Source: Octopus vulgaris (taxonomy: Eukaryota). Taken from it: 64,000 nt of DNA. The notes beneath the pieces are model-generated. The model saw only the letters and a list, made by a program, of their open reading frames with translations, did not search any database and was not told the DNA's origin. This document shows positions 43,104-56,187 of this stretch, piece by piece. Each line of letters starts with the position of its first letter. The first letter of the stretch is position 1. The stretch lies in assembly GCA_951406725.2 (NCBI GenBank), contig OX597818.1, positions 87,668,001 through 87,732,000 of the forward strand, read 5' to 3'. The position numbers and the translations under genes are program-made.

Positions 43104-43350
43104 GATTTCAAAGTACTCTTTAGTATTTCAAGATAATTCTATGTAATTTTGGTAAATATATCTGTTACAATGGGATGTCAGTGTTATTTTCATTTCTGCG
43201 TAATTTAGACGACTGTTTATTCACCGCACCCTGTATATATACATATATGTGAATATAAATATACACAGTTACACATATGTACGTATGTACGTACGTATGT
43301 GTATGGATGGATGGATGGATGTATAAAAGTTGTATAGAGCCACACACACG

Positions 43351-43426
<76 letters not shown>

Positions 43427-43603
43427 CATATATATTACATATTGTACATATATGTTTTTAGCGACCCCAGTACTTATTTGTTTAGCTCTGGTGCTTATCC
43501 TCTCGTTTCTCTTTTGCCGAAGCGCAAGCTAACGGGGACGTAAATAAACCGACATCGCTTGTCGAATAGCGGAGGGAGACAAACACACACAGACACTCAT
43601 GTC

Positions 43604-43635
<32 letters not shown>

Positions 43636-43714
43636 TGTATGTATGTATGTATGTATGTATGTATGTATGTATGTATGTATGTATGTATGTATGTGTGTAT
43701 GTATGTATGTATAT

Positions 43715-46217
43715 CGGTTTATGATATAGGCAAGAAAGTTCTGGGATTGATACAAAGAAAGCATCAAGATTGTTTCAAAGAAAATGATGAACATATAGAT
43801 GATTTATTGGCTGATAAAAGACGTACTTTGTCACGCTATTTGTCAGCAAAGCCACAGGAAAGGGAAGTGTTGCATAGGGAACTCAAGGACGTAAAATCAC
43901 GTGTGAGGCAAAGGCTCTCTCAGATGAGGGATACGTGGTGGCGTAAGAAGGCTGATGAGATACAGGAGGCATGAGATTCCAATAACACAAAGCTGTTGTA
44001 TGGTCTCTTGCGAGAAGTTTATGGACCGACGTCTTCTCTGATGACACCACTTCGAAGCAAGGATGGTAAAGAACTTCTTCGTGATTCACAAGGAATTCTG
44101 CGAAGGTGGCAAGAACACTTTGATGAACTTTTGAATCAGCAGTCTGTAGTTAGTGAGGATGTTCTTAATCTCATCCCTGGATTTCCTGTGAAGGCAGCAC
44201 TCGCGGAACCACCAAAGTTGGAAGAAGTTGCAATGGCTGTCTCAAGGTTGAATAATGGGAAGTCTCCGGGTATGGATGGCATACATGCGGAGTTGTTGCA
44301 GTATGGTGGTGAGAAACTTCTGCAGAAACTTCACTCTTTGTTTGGTAAGATAAGGACTAGTGAATCTGTACCTGAGGACTGGAGAGATGCAGTAAAGGTG
44401 GTCTTGTATAAGGGAAAGGGCAACAGGAATGATTGTGGTAATTATAGAGGAGTATCATTGCTGTCTGGTGTAGGAAAGGTTTTATGCAGGATACTTCTGG
44501 ATCGTCTGCTGAAATACATTGCAGATTGTGTTTTTCCAGAAAGTCAATCTGGCTTTCGTGTGGGACGTGGCACTGCTGATATGATCTTTTCAGCTAGACA
44601 GCTTCAGGAAAAGTGTGTGGAACAGGGTCTGGATTTGTATCAGGTTTTTGTCGATCTGAAAAAAGCCTTTGATACCGTCAATAGAAAAGCATTGTGGAAA
44701 GTCCTCCAGAAACTTGGGTGTCCTGAAAAGTTCCTTGCTTTGGTTAGGTATTTTCATGAAGACATGAATGGTAGGGTGAATGATAGAGGGAAAATGTCGG
44801 AGCCCATTTCAATACAAAATGGAGTGAAACAGGGGGATATTCTGGCACCAACCCTATTTTCCATATATTTCGCGATGGTATTCTGTATTGCATTCAGAAA
44901 CTGCAGATACGGTGTTTACATCCATTATCGAACCTCTGGCAGCATATTTAATATCAGGCGCCTTGCTGCAAAAACAAAGGTATTTACCTCTATCATAAGA
45001 GACCTTTTGTATGCAGATGATTGTGAGCTAGTACCACACACAGAGATTGATATGCAACACATTTTGAATGCATTCTCTGATGCTTGCACTGCCTTAGGAT
45101 TGACAGCCTCAGTCTCAAGAAAACTGTTGTCATGCATCAACCTGCCCCTGGTAAGCAGTATAGTGTACCAAATATCAATGTGTATGGTAAACGACATGAT
45201 GTAGTTGATCAGTTTGTCTACCTGGGAAGCACTATTAATAGATATGGCAATTTGGATGATGAAATTACATATAGAATTAGGAAAGCAAGTGTTGCTTTCG
45301 GAAGGCTAGAAAAGCGCCTCTGGAGTCGGCGAGACATATGCAGAAAGACAAAGATAAAGGTGTATAAGGCATGTGTGCTCCCTTCTCTTCTCTATGCCTG
45401 CGAGACGTGGGTCACATATCGATACCACCTTAAACAACTGGAACGTTTCCATCAGATTTGCCTCAGACGGATCTATGGCATTAAGTGGAAGTACCGCATC
45501 AGTGATCTTGAAATATTGGAAGGCTCTCGGTGTGAAAGTATAGGAGCTTTTGTGTTAAAGAAAAAGGCTCAGATGGGGTGGTCATCTGGTCAGAATGAAG
45601 GATTCAAGGATGCCAAAACAACTCTTTTATGGAGAGTTAGCTAAAGGAGAACGACCTCCACATAAACCAAAAAAGAGGTATAAGGACTTGCTGAAGGCTT
45701 CCTTAAGAGACATGGGAATGCATAGCTATTGATCGTAGCAGGTGGAGAAGGGTTGTGCATGAGGGGACAGCCACTTTTGAGAAATCTCGAGTTGCACATG
45801 AGAAAGTATGGAGGGATGTCAGGAAGGGTATCGCTGTTACACTTCCAGAAGGGGGGGCTTCCTTTGATGCTGACATGTAATGTCTGTGCAAGACCCTGCC
45901 TCAGTAAAGCTGGACTCAAGAGTCATCTTCGTAGTCATAAAATGAGACAGATGAGTGACAATCTGGCCACTGGTGGTGGTGTAACTCACCATACTAATCA
46001 TATCTGTCGGGCATGTGGAAGAGAGTGTAATTCGGCAGGAGGACTTAAACGACATGCAAAGGTACATAAAGCCCAGTTACAACTACAGCCGGCTTTTATC
46101 AGTAAAGGTTTTAGTTGCCAATTCTGTACAAGACATTGTAGATCTTTAGCTGGCTAAAAAGTCACATTCGATCACAGCACCAGTAACAGTTAAGCTTCGT
46201 GCAATGGCTATACTCGA
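43715..46217 (+). mobile_element. 5'-truncated RTE-clade LINE (RT + three C2H2 fingers), disrupted, within (TATG)n
   Basis: GKSPGMDGI, CGNYRGVSLL, ESQSGFR, FVDLKKAFDTV, GVKQGDILAP, LLYADD, LLYACETW; stop at 43972 and frameshifts near 45105 and 45565. Confidence 0.95.
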
Positions 46218-47009
46218 TAACGAGGGGGCAGCCATAATGTATGTTTGTATGTATGTATGTATGTATGTATGTATGTATGTATGTATGTATGTATGTACAT
46301 ATTATGTATGTATGTGTGCGTGCGTGTGGGTGTATATTTATATATACACACACACACGTATACATGTTTGTATGTATGTGTGCATGTTTATACGTATAGT
46401 TATATATTTATATAAGCATATGTGTGTGTATGTACACACACACAAACACACATGCAGATGAGACATACTTCCTGAACCCGTCTCACCCTCACCCTTGTTA
46501 GAACAACTAATCATTACAGCTCACTAGTTCTAAGTTTGTTGTATTAACTAGTATTTTACAAATCACAGACTTCTACTTTTTATCAGTTATTTACAAAAGT
46601 CCTATCTATAAAAGATCACTTTAGTAAACCCATAAACACCGCCATATCTTCACACTTATTGCCTACGTTGCGTAAATAATTCTGAATTCTGAAAAGCAAT
46701 TTTATAATTTTGGAACCTGTATAATTTTGATAACATATATCATTCTGTAAATTGCAGTTCGTGATTTATCAATCAGCCAACCACCATACGTACATGGCCG
46801 TCTTGATAATCAACCGCTAGTCGTAAATGTTGCATATTTACAATGAAAGAGTCGCCACTCTGACTCCTGTCAAAATACGCGTGTGGACTGACAACGAGGG
46901 AGTGGTGCTAGAGCTGGGAAATCTTGCATGCATTCATTTCAATCATTCTTCCCAGTAACGGAATTGCTTCTTTCCAGGTAAACTGACATCTGACTGTTGA
47001 CAGATAGAT

Positions 47010-47061
<52 letters not shown>

Positions 47062-47097
47062 GTATATACATATCTTTATGTATATATATATATATAT

Positions 47098-47506
47098 ATT
47101 ATTTGCTTCAGTCATTTGACTGCGGCCATGCTGGAGTACCATCTTTAGTCGAACGAATCGACCCCAGGACTTATTATATGTGAGTCTAGTACTTATTCTA
47201 TCGCGCTCTTTTCCGAACCGGTAAGTTACGGGGACATAAACACACCAACGTCGGTTGTCCGGTTGTGAAGCGATGGTGAGGTGACAAACACAGACAAACA
47301 AACATATACACACACAGACAAACACACATACACACACACACACGGCGGGATTCTTTCAGTTTGCGTCTACCAAATTCACTCACAAAGCTTTGGTCGGCCC
47401 GAGGCTATAGTCAAGGGAACACTTCTCCAAGGTGCCACGCAGTGGGACTGAACCCGGAAACATGTGGTTGGGAAGTAAACTTCTTACTACGTACCCACGC
47501 CTGCGC
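47098..47506 (-). mobile_element. SINE family 1
   Basis: Matches family consensus. Confidence 0.85.
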
Positions 47507-48010
47507 ATAATTGACAACGAAGACGAGAGTGGAGATTTATTCACATTCAAAACATTTTATGAAAAAAAAAAATCCTTATATGCCTATAATGATACACATC
47601 ACAGAAGAACAGAATAGACTAAGCGGAGCAGAAGCACACAAGAGGACGGAAGGTGTCGCTGAAGAGATCACAAATGTGAGACGAAAGATTTCCGAACAAT
47701 GGACATCAGTTAAAATATGAACAGTAATAAACGAGTGAAGAACGAATATATGGTGCGTGTGTTTATTTGGCAAAAAATAAATCATCCTGAAATATAACAA
47801 TATATATATATATATATTACATTATATATAAGGGCTTAGTAAAATAAATTACTTTGCCACATACTGAACTCATTAGAAATAGCAGCTAAAGAAATTTCTT
47901 TAGCCATTTCCAATACTTAAAGAAGATCTCTCTCAGATAGTGTTTGCTCAAACCAACTCACGAAGGTATGGGGGTAAAAACATTAAAAAATCACAAATGC
48001 AAAGGTTATT

Positions 48011-48062
48011 TGAGAACGTACGTTTCTAGATTAGTCAAATCGACATTTCTTTCGTCAGCTCA
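48011..48062 (-). ncRNA. Type I hammerhead ribozyme
   Basis: tgag CTGACGA a aga aat gtc-gattt-gac taa tct a GAAA cgtacg TT ctca. Confidence 0.85.
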
Positions 48063-48569
48063 GAACTCCTTGATTCGGATTTGGGAACATTGAAAGTGGG
48101 AGCATACCCTTTTGGCTTCTTATCACCTCCGGAGATCCGCTCGAACTAACAGTGCTAACAAATTCAAAATATGCAAGCGAAGAATTTCTGCTCTCCCCTT
48201 TCCACCAGCGTGGGTTAAAATTGGCAAACACTATGTTTTATCGGTGAAAACCGAAGCATTAAACAGAGGGAAATGAATTATAATTTCAACAATTGAGGGT
48301 AAAATTAATTAATTATTAATCAATTTCACCAAGTATTCAGTATGTAAAGGGACCATTTAAGGCGAATTCAAAATATTACATTATATATAAGGGCTTAGTA
48401 AAATAAATTACTTTGCCACATACTGAACTCAATAGAAATAGCAGCTAAAGAAATTTCTTTAGCCATTTCTAATACTTAAAGAAGATCTCTCTCAGATAGT
48501 GTTTGCTCAGACCAACTCACGAAGGTATGGGGGTAAAAACATTAAAAAATCACAAATGCAAAGGTTATT

Positions 48570-48621
48570 TGAGAACGTACGTTTCTAGATTAGTCAAATC
48601 GACATTTCTTTCGTCAGCTCA
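48570..48621 (-). ncRNA. Type I hammerhead ribozyme (tandem copy)
   Basis: Identical to 48011-48062, 559 bp apart. Confidence 0.85.
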
Positions 48622-49084
48622 GAACTCCTTGATTCGGATTTGGGAACATTGAAAGTGGGAGCATACCCTTTTGGCTTCTTATCACCTCCGGAGATCCGCT
48701 CGAACTAACAGTGCTAACAAATTCAAAATATGCAAAGTAATTTATTTTACTAAGCCCTTATATATAATGTAATATTTTGAATTCGCCTTAAATGGTCCCT
48801 TTACATACTGAATACTTGGTGAAATTGATTAATAATTAATTAATTTTACCCTCAATTGTTGAAATTATAATTCATTTCCCTCTGTTTAATGCTTCGGTTT
48901 TCACCGATAAAACATAGTGTTTGCCAATTTTAACCTACGCTGGTGGAAAGGGAGAGCAGAAATTCTTCGCTTGCATATTTTGAATTTGTTAGCACTGTTA
49001 GTTCGAGCGGATCTCCGGAGGTGATAAGAAGCCAAAAGGGTATGCTCCCACTTTCAATGTTCCCAAACCCGAATCAAGGAGTTC

Positions 49085-49136
49085 TGAGCTGACGAAAGAA
49101 ATGTCGATTTGACTAATCTAGAAACGTACGTTCTCA
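49085..49136 (+). ncRNA. Type I hammerhead ribozyme (inverted copy)
   Basis: Same motif on + strand. Confidence 0.85.
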
Positions 49137-49422
49137 AATAACCTTTGCATTTGTGATTTTTTAATGTTTTTACCCCCATACCTTCGTGAGTTGGTTTGAG
49201 CAAACACTATCTGAGAGAGATCTTCTTTAAGTATTAGAAATGGCTAAAGAAATTTCTTTAGCTGCTATTTCTAATGAGTTCAGTATGTGGCAAAGTAATT
49301 TATTTTACTAAGCCCTTATATATAATGTAATATTTTGAATTCGCCTTAAATGGTCCCTTTACATACTGAATACTTGGTGAAATTGATTAATAATTAATTA
49401 ATTTTACCCTCAATTGTTGAAA

Positions 49423-49483
<61 letters not shown>

Positions 49484-49532
49484 AATATTAAATTTCTAAA
49501 TATCTCATAGAGATATATACGGTGGTGGAGCG

Positions 49533-49667
49533 ATAGAGTGGTTGTATACTGTCAACTTAACGTGACAGTCCTGTAAGGGAATTACACCACCTCCTAGGGC
49601 TAAACAGCGGTGATGTAATTCCCTTACAGGACTGTCACGTTAAGTTGACAGTATACAACCACTCTAT
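49533..49667. repeat. ~54-bp inverted repeat (fold-back) next to (TA)n
   Basis: atagagtggttgtatactgtcaac..gggaattaca / tgtaattccc..caaccactctat. Confidence 0.85.
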
Positions 49668-49734
49668 ATATATATAATTCTTTTGAAAATGTACCAAATT
49701 TGGTATCTTGGTTTTATTAAGTACCTGTAGAATG

Positions 49735-50020
49735 GTTTTTAGCTCCCAAGGACATTCATACTGAGATACTTGTTTCTTTCGTGGATGGCAATCCAGCTTT
49801 ATCAACAGTGCAAAAGTGGGCTGCTGAATGTAGGAGAGAAAGAGAGAGAGAGTCTTGAGGCTGACCCAAGGTCTGGGCATTCTGCAACTGCCACCACAGT
49901 AGAAAACATTAATCATGTCCACCGCATGTTGATGGATGATACGTGATTGACTATAAATCAATTAGCCAATGCTATTAGCATATCCCCTGAGAGAGTTGAG
50001 AATATTCTGCCCAATGACTC
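49735..50020 (+). mobile_element. mariner transposase N-terminal (HTH) remnant
   Basis: LEADPRSGHSATATTVENINHVHRMLMDDT*LTINQLANAISISPERVENIL. Confidence 0.7.
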
Positions 50021-50476
50021 GGCTTTTAAATGTGTATATATGTATATCTGAACAAACTCATGCTTATATAGATATAAATGTGCATATATGTACGGGCATG
50101 TGTACGTACAAACGCGTGTATGTTGACTCTCTCTTTTTAATCTGGAATATATTTTGACCAGTCACAAGCTTGGTAGCAAGGTTGTGAAAGAAAGCTTCTT
50201 GTTTTGTTCATGATCTTTTAAAACTTAAGTACTTGAAGATTTTTATAATCCCAAATATCGTGATCACTTGTGTATGAATTAAGGTTTTTTTTTATTATTC
50301 CAAATATCGTGATCACTTGTGTATGAATTAAGGGTTTGCGTTCTTTCCCTAAGAACTTAAATTCAGTTATACTCTGCTCCAGAAGGGCTAGTATGTATCC
50401 TCTTGCTCCAATAATTGGATGAAATACAACTGTTGTGCGCAGATGCTAGCGACAGAAACTGGATAGTTGATAGTTA

Positions 50477-50708
50477 AGGCGGCGAGCTGGTAGAATCGTT
50501 AGCACGCCGGGCGAAATGCTTAGCGGTATTTCGTCTGTCTTTACATTTTAAGTTCAAATTTCGCCGAGGTCGACTTTGCCTTTCATCCTTTCGGGGTCGA
50601 TTAAATAAGTACCAGTTACGCACTGGCGTCGATGTTATCGACTTAATCCGTTTGTCTGTCCTTGTTTATCCCCTCTATGATCAGTCCCTTGTGGGCAATA
50701 AAGAAATA
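50477..50708 (+). mobile_element. SINE family 2 with 23-bp TSD
   Basis: TSD agaaactggatagttg(a/g)tagtta at 50454-50476 and 50709-50731. Confidence 0.9.
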
Positions 50709-51010
50709 AGAAACTGGATAGTTGGTAGTTATGTGTTCTGATCTCAGACTCAGTTATAGTAATCTTAAGTATCAATAAAGGAATGCTGGTTGTTAAGTGT
50801 TTGTACAGCAAACTGGACCATACGGTCACATGGTCACACCATTGATCCTGTCTCCTCTCATCACCCAACGAACTTTTACGGATTCTCTACCTGGACTTTC
50901 TACTACCGTACACTTCAGCTCACCTCTCCTACCCATGGATTACACTGGGCTCTTCTGTATATATATATATATATATACTTTATTTTAAGCAGCAGAAAAT
51001 TCAACAAAAT

Positions 51011-51048
51011 CTGTTACTCTGAGTTTCTCGTTGCCGTTCATCAGACAG
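51011..51048 (-). ncRNA. Type I minimal hammerhead ribozyme
   Basis: Reverse complement of 51620-51657. Confidence 0.8.
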
Positions 51049-51619
51049 TTTTGCTAGAATGGAACTGATATATCAATTCAATCTATACTCTTACAAACGC
51101 TACACCTTTAAAAAGTAATGGACTTGTTTGATTGGCCCTTTAGAAAAAACGGTCAATCTTCGAGCGATAAACAAAAAGGTCAAAAATATATGTATATATA
51201 TATAAAAAACTTATAAAAATTATAAAATCCGAGGAAAAAACCTATTGACGTTAATGAAGATAGATTTATATTCATACGTCTGTATATGTATGTATGGCGT
51301 TTACGCGCATCCTTTTGTGTATGTTGATATATATATGTAGATTTTAATATAAATATGTATTGCAGTATTTATAACAGGTTTAATTTCTATGCATTAATTT
51401 GCACTGTCTTCATTAACGTCAATAGGTTTTTTCCTCGGATTTTATAATTTTTATAAGTTTTTTATATATATATACATATATTTTTGACCTTTTTGTTTAT
51501 CGCTCGAAGATTGACCGTTTTTTCTAAAGGGCCAATCAAACAAGTCCATTTCTTTTTAAAGGTGTAGCGTTTGTAAGAGTATAGATTGAATTGATATATC
51601 AGTTCCATTCTAGCAAAAA

Positions 51620-51657
51620 CTGTCTGATGAACGGCAACGAGAAACTCAGAGTAACAG
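51620..51657 (+). ncRNA. Type I minimal hammerhead ribozyme
   Basis: ctgt CTGATGA a cg-gcaa-cg a GAAA ctc-a-gag TA acag. Confidence 0.8.
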
Positions 51658-51815
51658 ATTTTGTTGAATTTTCTGCTGCTTAAAATAAAGCATATTACTC
51701 TACCACTGGTATTTGAGTACTCTTTTTTCCACCTTGTTTCACATTTATGTGTTTACTCCGGTATATATATATATATATATAATTAAATGATAATGGATTA
51801 TATATATATATATAG

Positions 51816-52030
51816 TTTTTTTACTTGTTTCAGTCATTTGGCTGCGGCCATGCTGGAGCAGCACCTTCAAGAGTTTTAGTCGATCACATCGACCTCGGGA
51901 TATTTTCTTAGCCATGTACTAATTCTATCGGTCTGTTTTACCGAACTGCTAAGTTACTGGTACGTAAACACACCAACACTGACTGTCAAGCGGTGAAGTT
52001 GGGGGACAAACACAAACACAAAGACTTACA

Positions 52031-52092
<62 letters not shown>

Positions 52093-52240
52093 CATATATA
52101 TGACGGGCTTCTTTCAGTTTCCGTCTACCAAATCCACTCAGACGTCTTTGGTCGGCGTGAGGCTATAGTAGAAGACACTTGCCTAACGGGACTGAACCTA
52201 GGACCATGTGGTTGGGAAGCAAGCTTCTTACAACACCAAG
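51816..52240 (-). mobile_element. SINE family 1
   Basis: Matches family consensus. Confidence 0.8.
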
Positions 52241-52317
52241 CCTGTACCTGTGTATATATAAAATATATATACATGTATGTATGTAAGTATGTGTATATAT
52301 ATATAGATATATATACT

Positions 52318-52657
52318 TACTCTTTACTCTTTTACTGCTTTTCTTGTTTCAGTCATTTGAGCACCGCCTTTAGTCGAGCAAATCGAACCCATGACTTATT
52401 CTTTGTAAGCCTAGTACTTATTCTATCGTTCTCTTTTGCCGAACTGCTAAGTTACGGGGACGCAAACACACCAGCATCGATTGTCAAGCGATGTTGGAGG
52501 GGGGGCGCTTCTTTCAGTTTCTGTCTACAAAATCCACTGACAAGGCTCTGGTCGGCCCGAGGCTATAGTAGAATACATTCGCCCAAGGTGCCACGCAGTG
52601 GGACTGAACCCGGAATCATGTGGTTAGTAAGCAAGCTACTTTCCACACAGCCACTCA
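52318..52657 (-). mobile_element. SINE family 1 lacking internal microsatellite
   Basis: Two halves joined directly at ~52500. Confidence 0.8.
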
Positions 52658-52658
52658 T

Positions 52659-52704
<46 letters not shown>

Positions 52705-53288
52705 TGTAAGTATGTCTGCATATAACTGCAAGGATTTGGACCTTGATAAATGTGTTACTTTGAACATAGTCCTGTGAACTAGATCACACTATGACACTGG
52801 TACACACTTGTGAATACAAGAATTGGACTGTTGATAGCTACATTTCTTAGATTTTTTACAGCGTAAAACCAAAAACTACGCCAGATTTTAGTACACAATT
52901 TTAGCGACAAGAACTGAACTGTTGAAAGGTTAGTGTCTTAGATATGGGCCCCCACGCAGTGATATATGAAATTTTATGAACTGCAAACGGTCTGGCAGCT
53001 TGTCAGTAATCTTGTCGAAGCTTTATCTAAATTCTGACTTTCCTATTATCCTGTGGAGTTTTAGTGATGAAACCCAAATTTAATGAGGAAATATGTAGCC
53101 GGTGACCAGCACAGGAAGACTTTGACCTGATACGATTTACAGTCTTTTCTACATCGGAATTAGCAATGACCTCTATAAAGGTTAAACCGTGTATCGGTCG
53201 GTTTCTTTTCACATTCTGTCTTGAATAATTTATGATTCATCCGTAGATGGCTAAACAACCGACATCTATTTTAACTATGGCGTACATG

Positions 53289-53556
53289 CTATGTATGTAT
53301 GTATGTATGTATGTATGTATGTATGTATGTATGTATGTATGTATGTATGTATGTATGCATGTATGTATGTATGTATTTATGTATGTATGTATGTATGTAT
53401 GTATGTATGTATGCATGTATGTATGCATGTATGTATGCATGCATGCATGCATGTATGTATGTATGTATGTATGTATGTATGTATGTATGTATGCATGTAT
53501 GTATGTATGCATGCATGTATGTATGTATGTATGTATGTAAGTATGTATGCATGTAT
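53289..53556. repeat. (TATG)n microsatellite
   Basis: Directly visible. Confidence 0.95.
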
Positions 53557-53607
53557 ATTAATGGGTGTGTAGACGTAATACAGAAACATTATATATAATA
53601 TATATAT

Positions 53608-53682
<75 letters not shown>

Positions 53683-54668
53683 GTGTGTGTGTGTATGTGT
53701 GTGCATGTACATTATATACATATATGTGTATATATATATACATATATATATACACACACATATGTATATATTTATACATGTATATATATGTATATATATA
53801 TGTACACACACATACACACACACATATATATATATATAGATACACATGCACGTGTGATTCGCACATAGACACGCATACATAGGCACACTTATAGACACAT
53901 ACACAGACGCATTCACAAACAAAGCAGAATACACAAACACACAAACTCATACAATTACACACACAAGCACACACAAAATTACGCGTTGCCGTCTCTTACA
54001 TGCACTCAAACAAATGCGCATATTCATGCAAATGCACTTATACGCAAACGCACGCAGAAATGCACTTACACACACACACTCTCTCTTTCACACACACACA
54101 CACTCTCTCTCACACACACACACTCAAATGCGTACGCGCACACACTCACACATGCATGCATGCACGCACACATGCAATTCAGAAAAGGCATTCGTATCTA
54201 GAAACCGACTCAGTAGCAGAAGCATTGATGGCGGCGAGTGTTGATGGTTGTCGATAGAAATACGATTAAATGAATTTTTGTTAATATTAAAAATGCATGC
54301 ATGTGAATTCTGCTATATTGCACTTGTTTAATAATGTACCTTATGCATAATTTCTTACCATCTGCAGAAGACGATTTCGAAAAGTTCTTTGTTTAAAAGA
54401 GAACGTCTTTGTAATTTTAAATTGAAGACATCAATTGAGATAGACATAACAGAACAATAGAACGGAAATGAAGATAGTTTAAAGTGAAGAGGAAATATAA
54501 TACTATGGAGATTTGAGACAATATTCAGCATTTCAACATCTGCTTCGGTCTGAAATTAACTTCAATGTATAATGATATAATGTTTGTGCTGTATCGAAAA
54601 ATAGGATTTGTATAGCTGCATATCTACATATGTGTTGTATTGTATTATATTTTATGATACATGTATGA

Positions 54669-54699
<31 letters not shown>

Positions 54700-54990
54700 T
54701 GTATGTATGTATGTATGTATGTATGTATGTATGTATGTATGTATATCTATATATATATATATACACATATGTACATACATATATATATATAGTCATGTAT
54801 GTCTGCATATATGATGGATGTATGTATTTACGTATACATGTATCTATGTATGAATGGATATAGTTATACACACACAAATGTATATATGTCTATGCACTAT
54901 ATATAATATATATGTATGTGTACATGCATGTATTCATATGTATATGCACATACGTATATATATGTATGCATATCTATATATGTAAATACG

Positions 54991-55022
<32 letters not shown>

Positions 55023-55819
55023 TATATATATATGCATATATACATGCATATATATACAAATATATACAAATATATACATACATATATATACAAATATATT
55101 TATATGTAACCATTGTGTATGTGTGTACATAATATGTATATATGTGTTTATGAATGTAGCCAAATGTATATTCATGCACATATATATATGTATGCATGTC
55201 TATATGTATGTAAATACACACACATATAGTTATGCATATATACAATACAATACATATATATGCATATATATACAATACATATATATGCATTTATACATGC
55301 ATATATACATGCATATATACAAATATATTTATATGTATGTATTATATATGTATGTACGTGTACATAATATGTATGCATGTGTATATGAATGTATTCAAAT
55401 GTATATTCACGCACATATATATGTATGCATGTCAATATATATGTAAATACACACACACATATATATGCATATATACAATGCATATATATGCAAATATACA
55501 TGCATATATACAAATATATTTATATGTATTGTGTATACGTGTACTTAATATGTACGTATTTGTATATGAATGTATCCAAATGTATATTAATATATATGTA
55601 AATACACACAATCATATCTATATGCAAGTATACAATGCATATATATATGTATATATACATGCATATATACAAATATATTCATATGTAAGCATTGTGAATA
55701 CGTGCACATAATATGTATGTATGTGTATATGAATATATCGAAATGTATATTCACGCACACATATATATATATATATATGTATGTGTATATATAAATACAC
55801 ACACACACACATATATGTG

Positions 55820-55866
<47 letters not shown>

Positions 55867-56187
55867 TTGTGTGCATATATTCATACAGACAGACAAACGT
55901 ATGCTTTCCTTTGGTTTTCAAATGAATAGCGACATCACAACAACCAATAAGTATGAATTGAAAACCCATAACTGTTTTTCCACTAAATATTTTACTTCAA
56001 TTCTTTGAAAAATAACCCGTTTAAAATGTTAAACAATAATAAATTCAACAAATAAGCTAATTCTCTTTAAAACTAACTATATCATAAAATTACTACAATT
56101 AAAATAAACATAAATATTTTCAATTCAAATTACAATGAATGTAAACAAACAAACGAAGTTTGCTTTAGAAGCGTTGAGATGTCTTAG

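Larger units (their letters stand above)
47814..49422. mobile_element. Young 559-bp-unit HHR element: ~1.65 units in one orientation joined to ~1.2 inverted units, in (TA)n
   Basis: 47821 repeats at 48380; inversion junction at GCAA 48732-48735; near-identical copies. Confidence 0.9.
50978..51761. mobile_element. PLE pLTR-like element with ~283-bp inverted arms, each carrying an HHR, in (TA)n
   Basis: 50978-51260 is the reverse complement of 51407-51690. Confidence 0.88.

Noticed and set aside
48232-48266. tcggt-gaaa-accga hairpin as a second ribozyme
   Set aside because: Lacks catalytic core; only a GNRA hairpin
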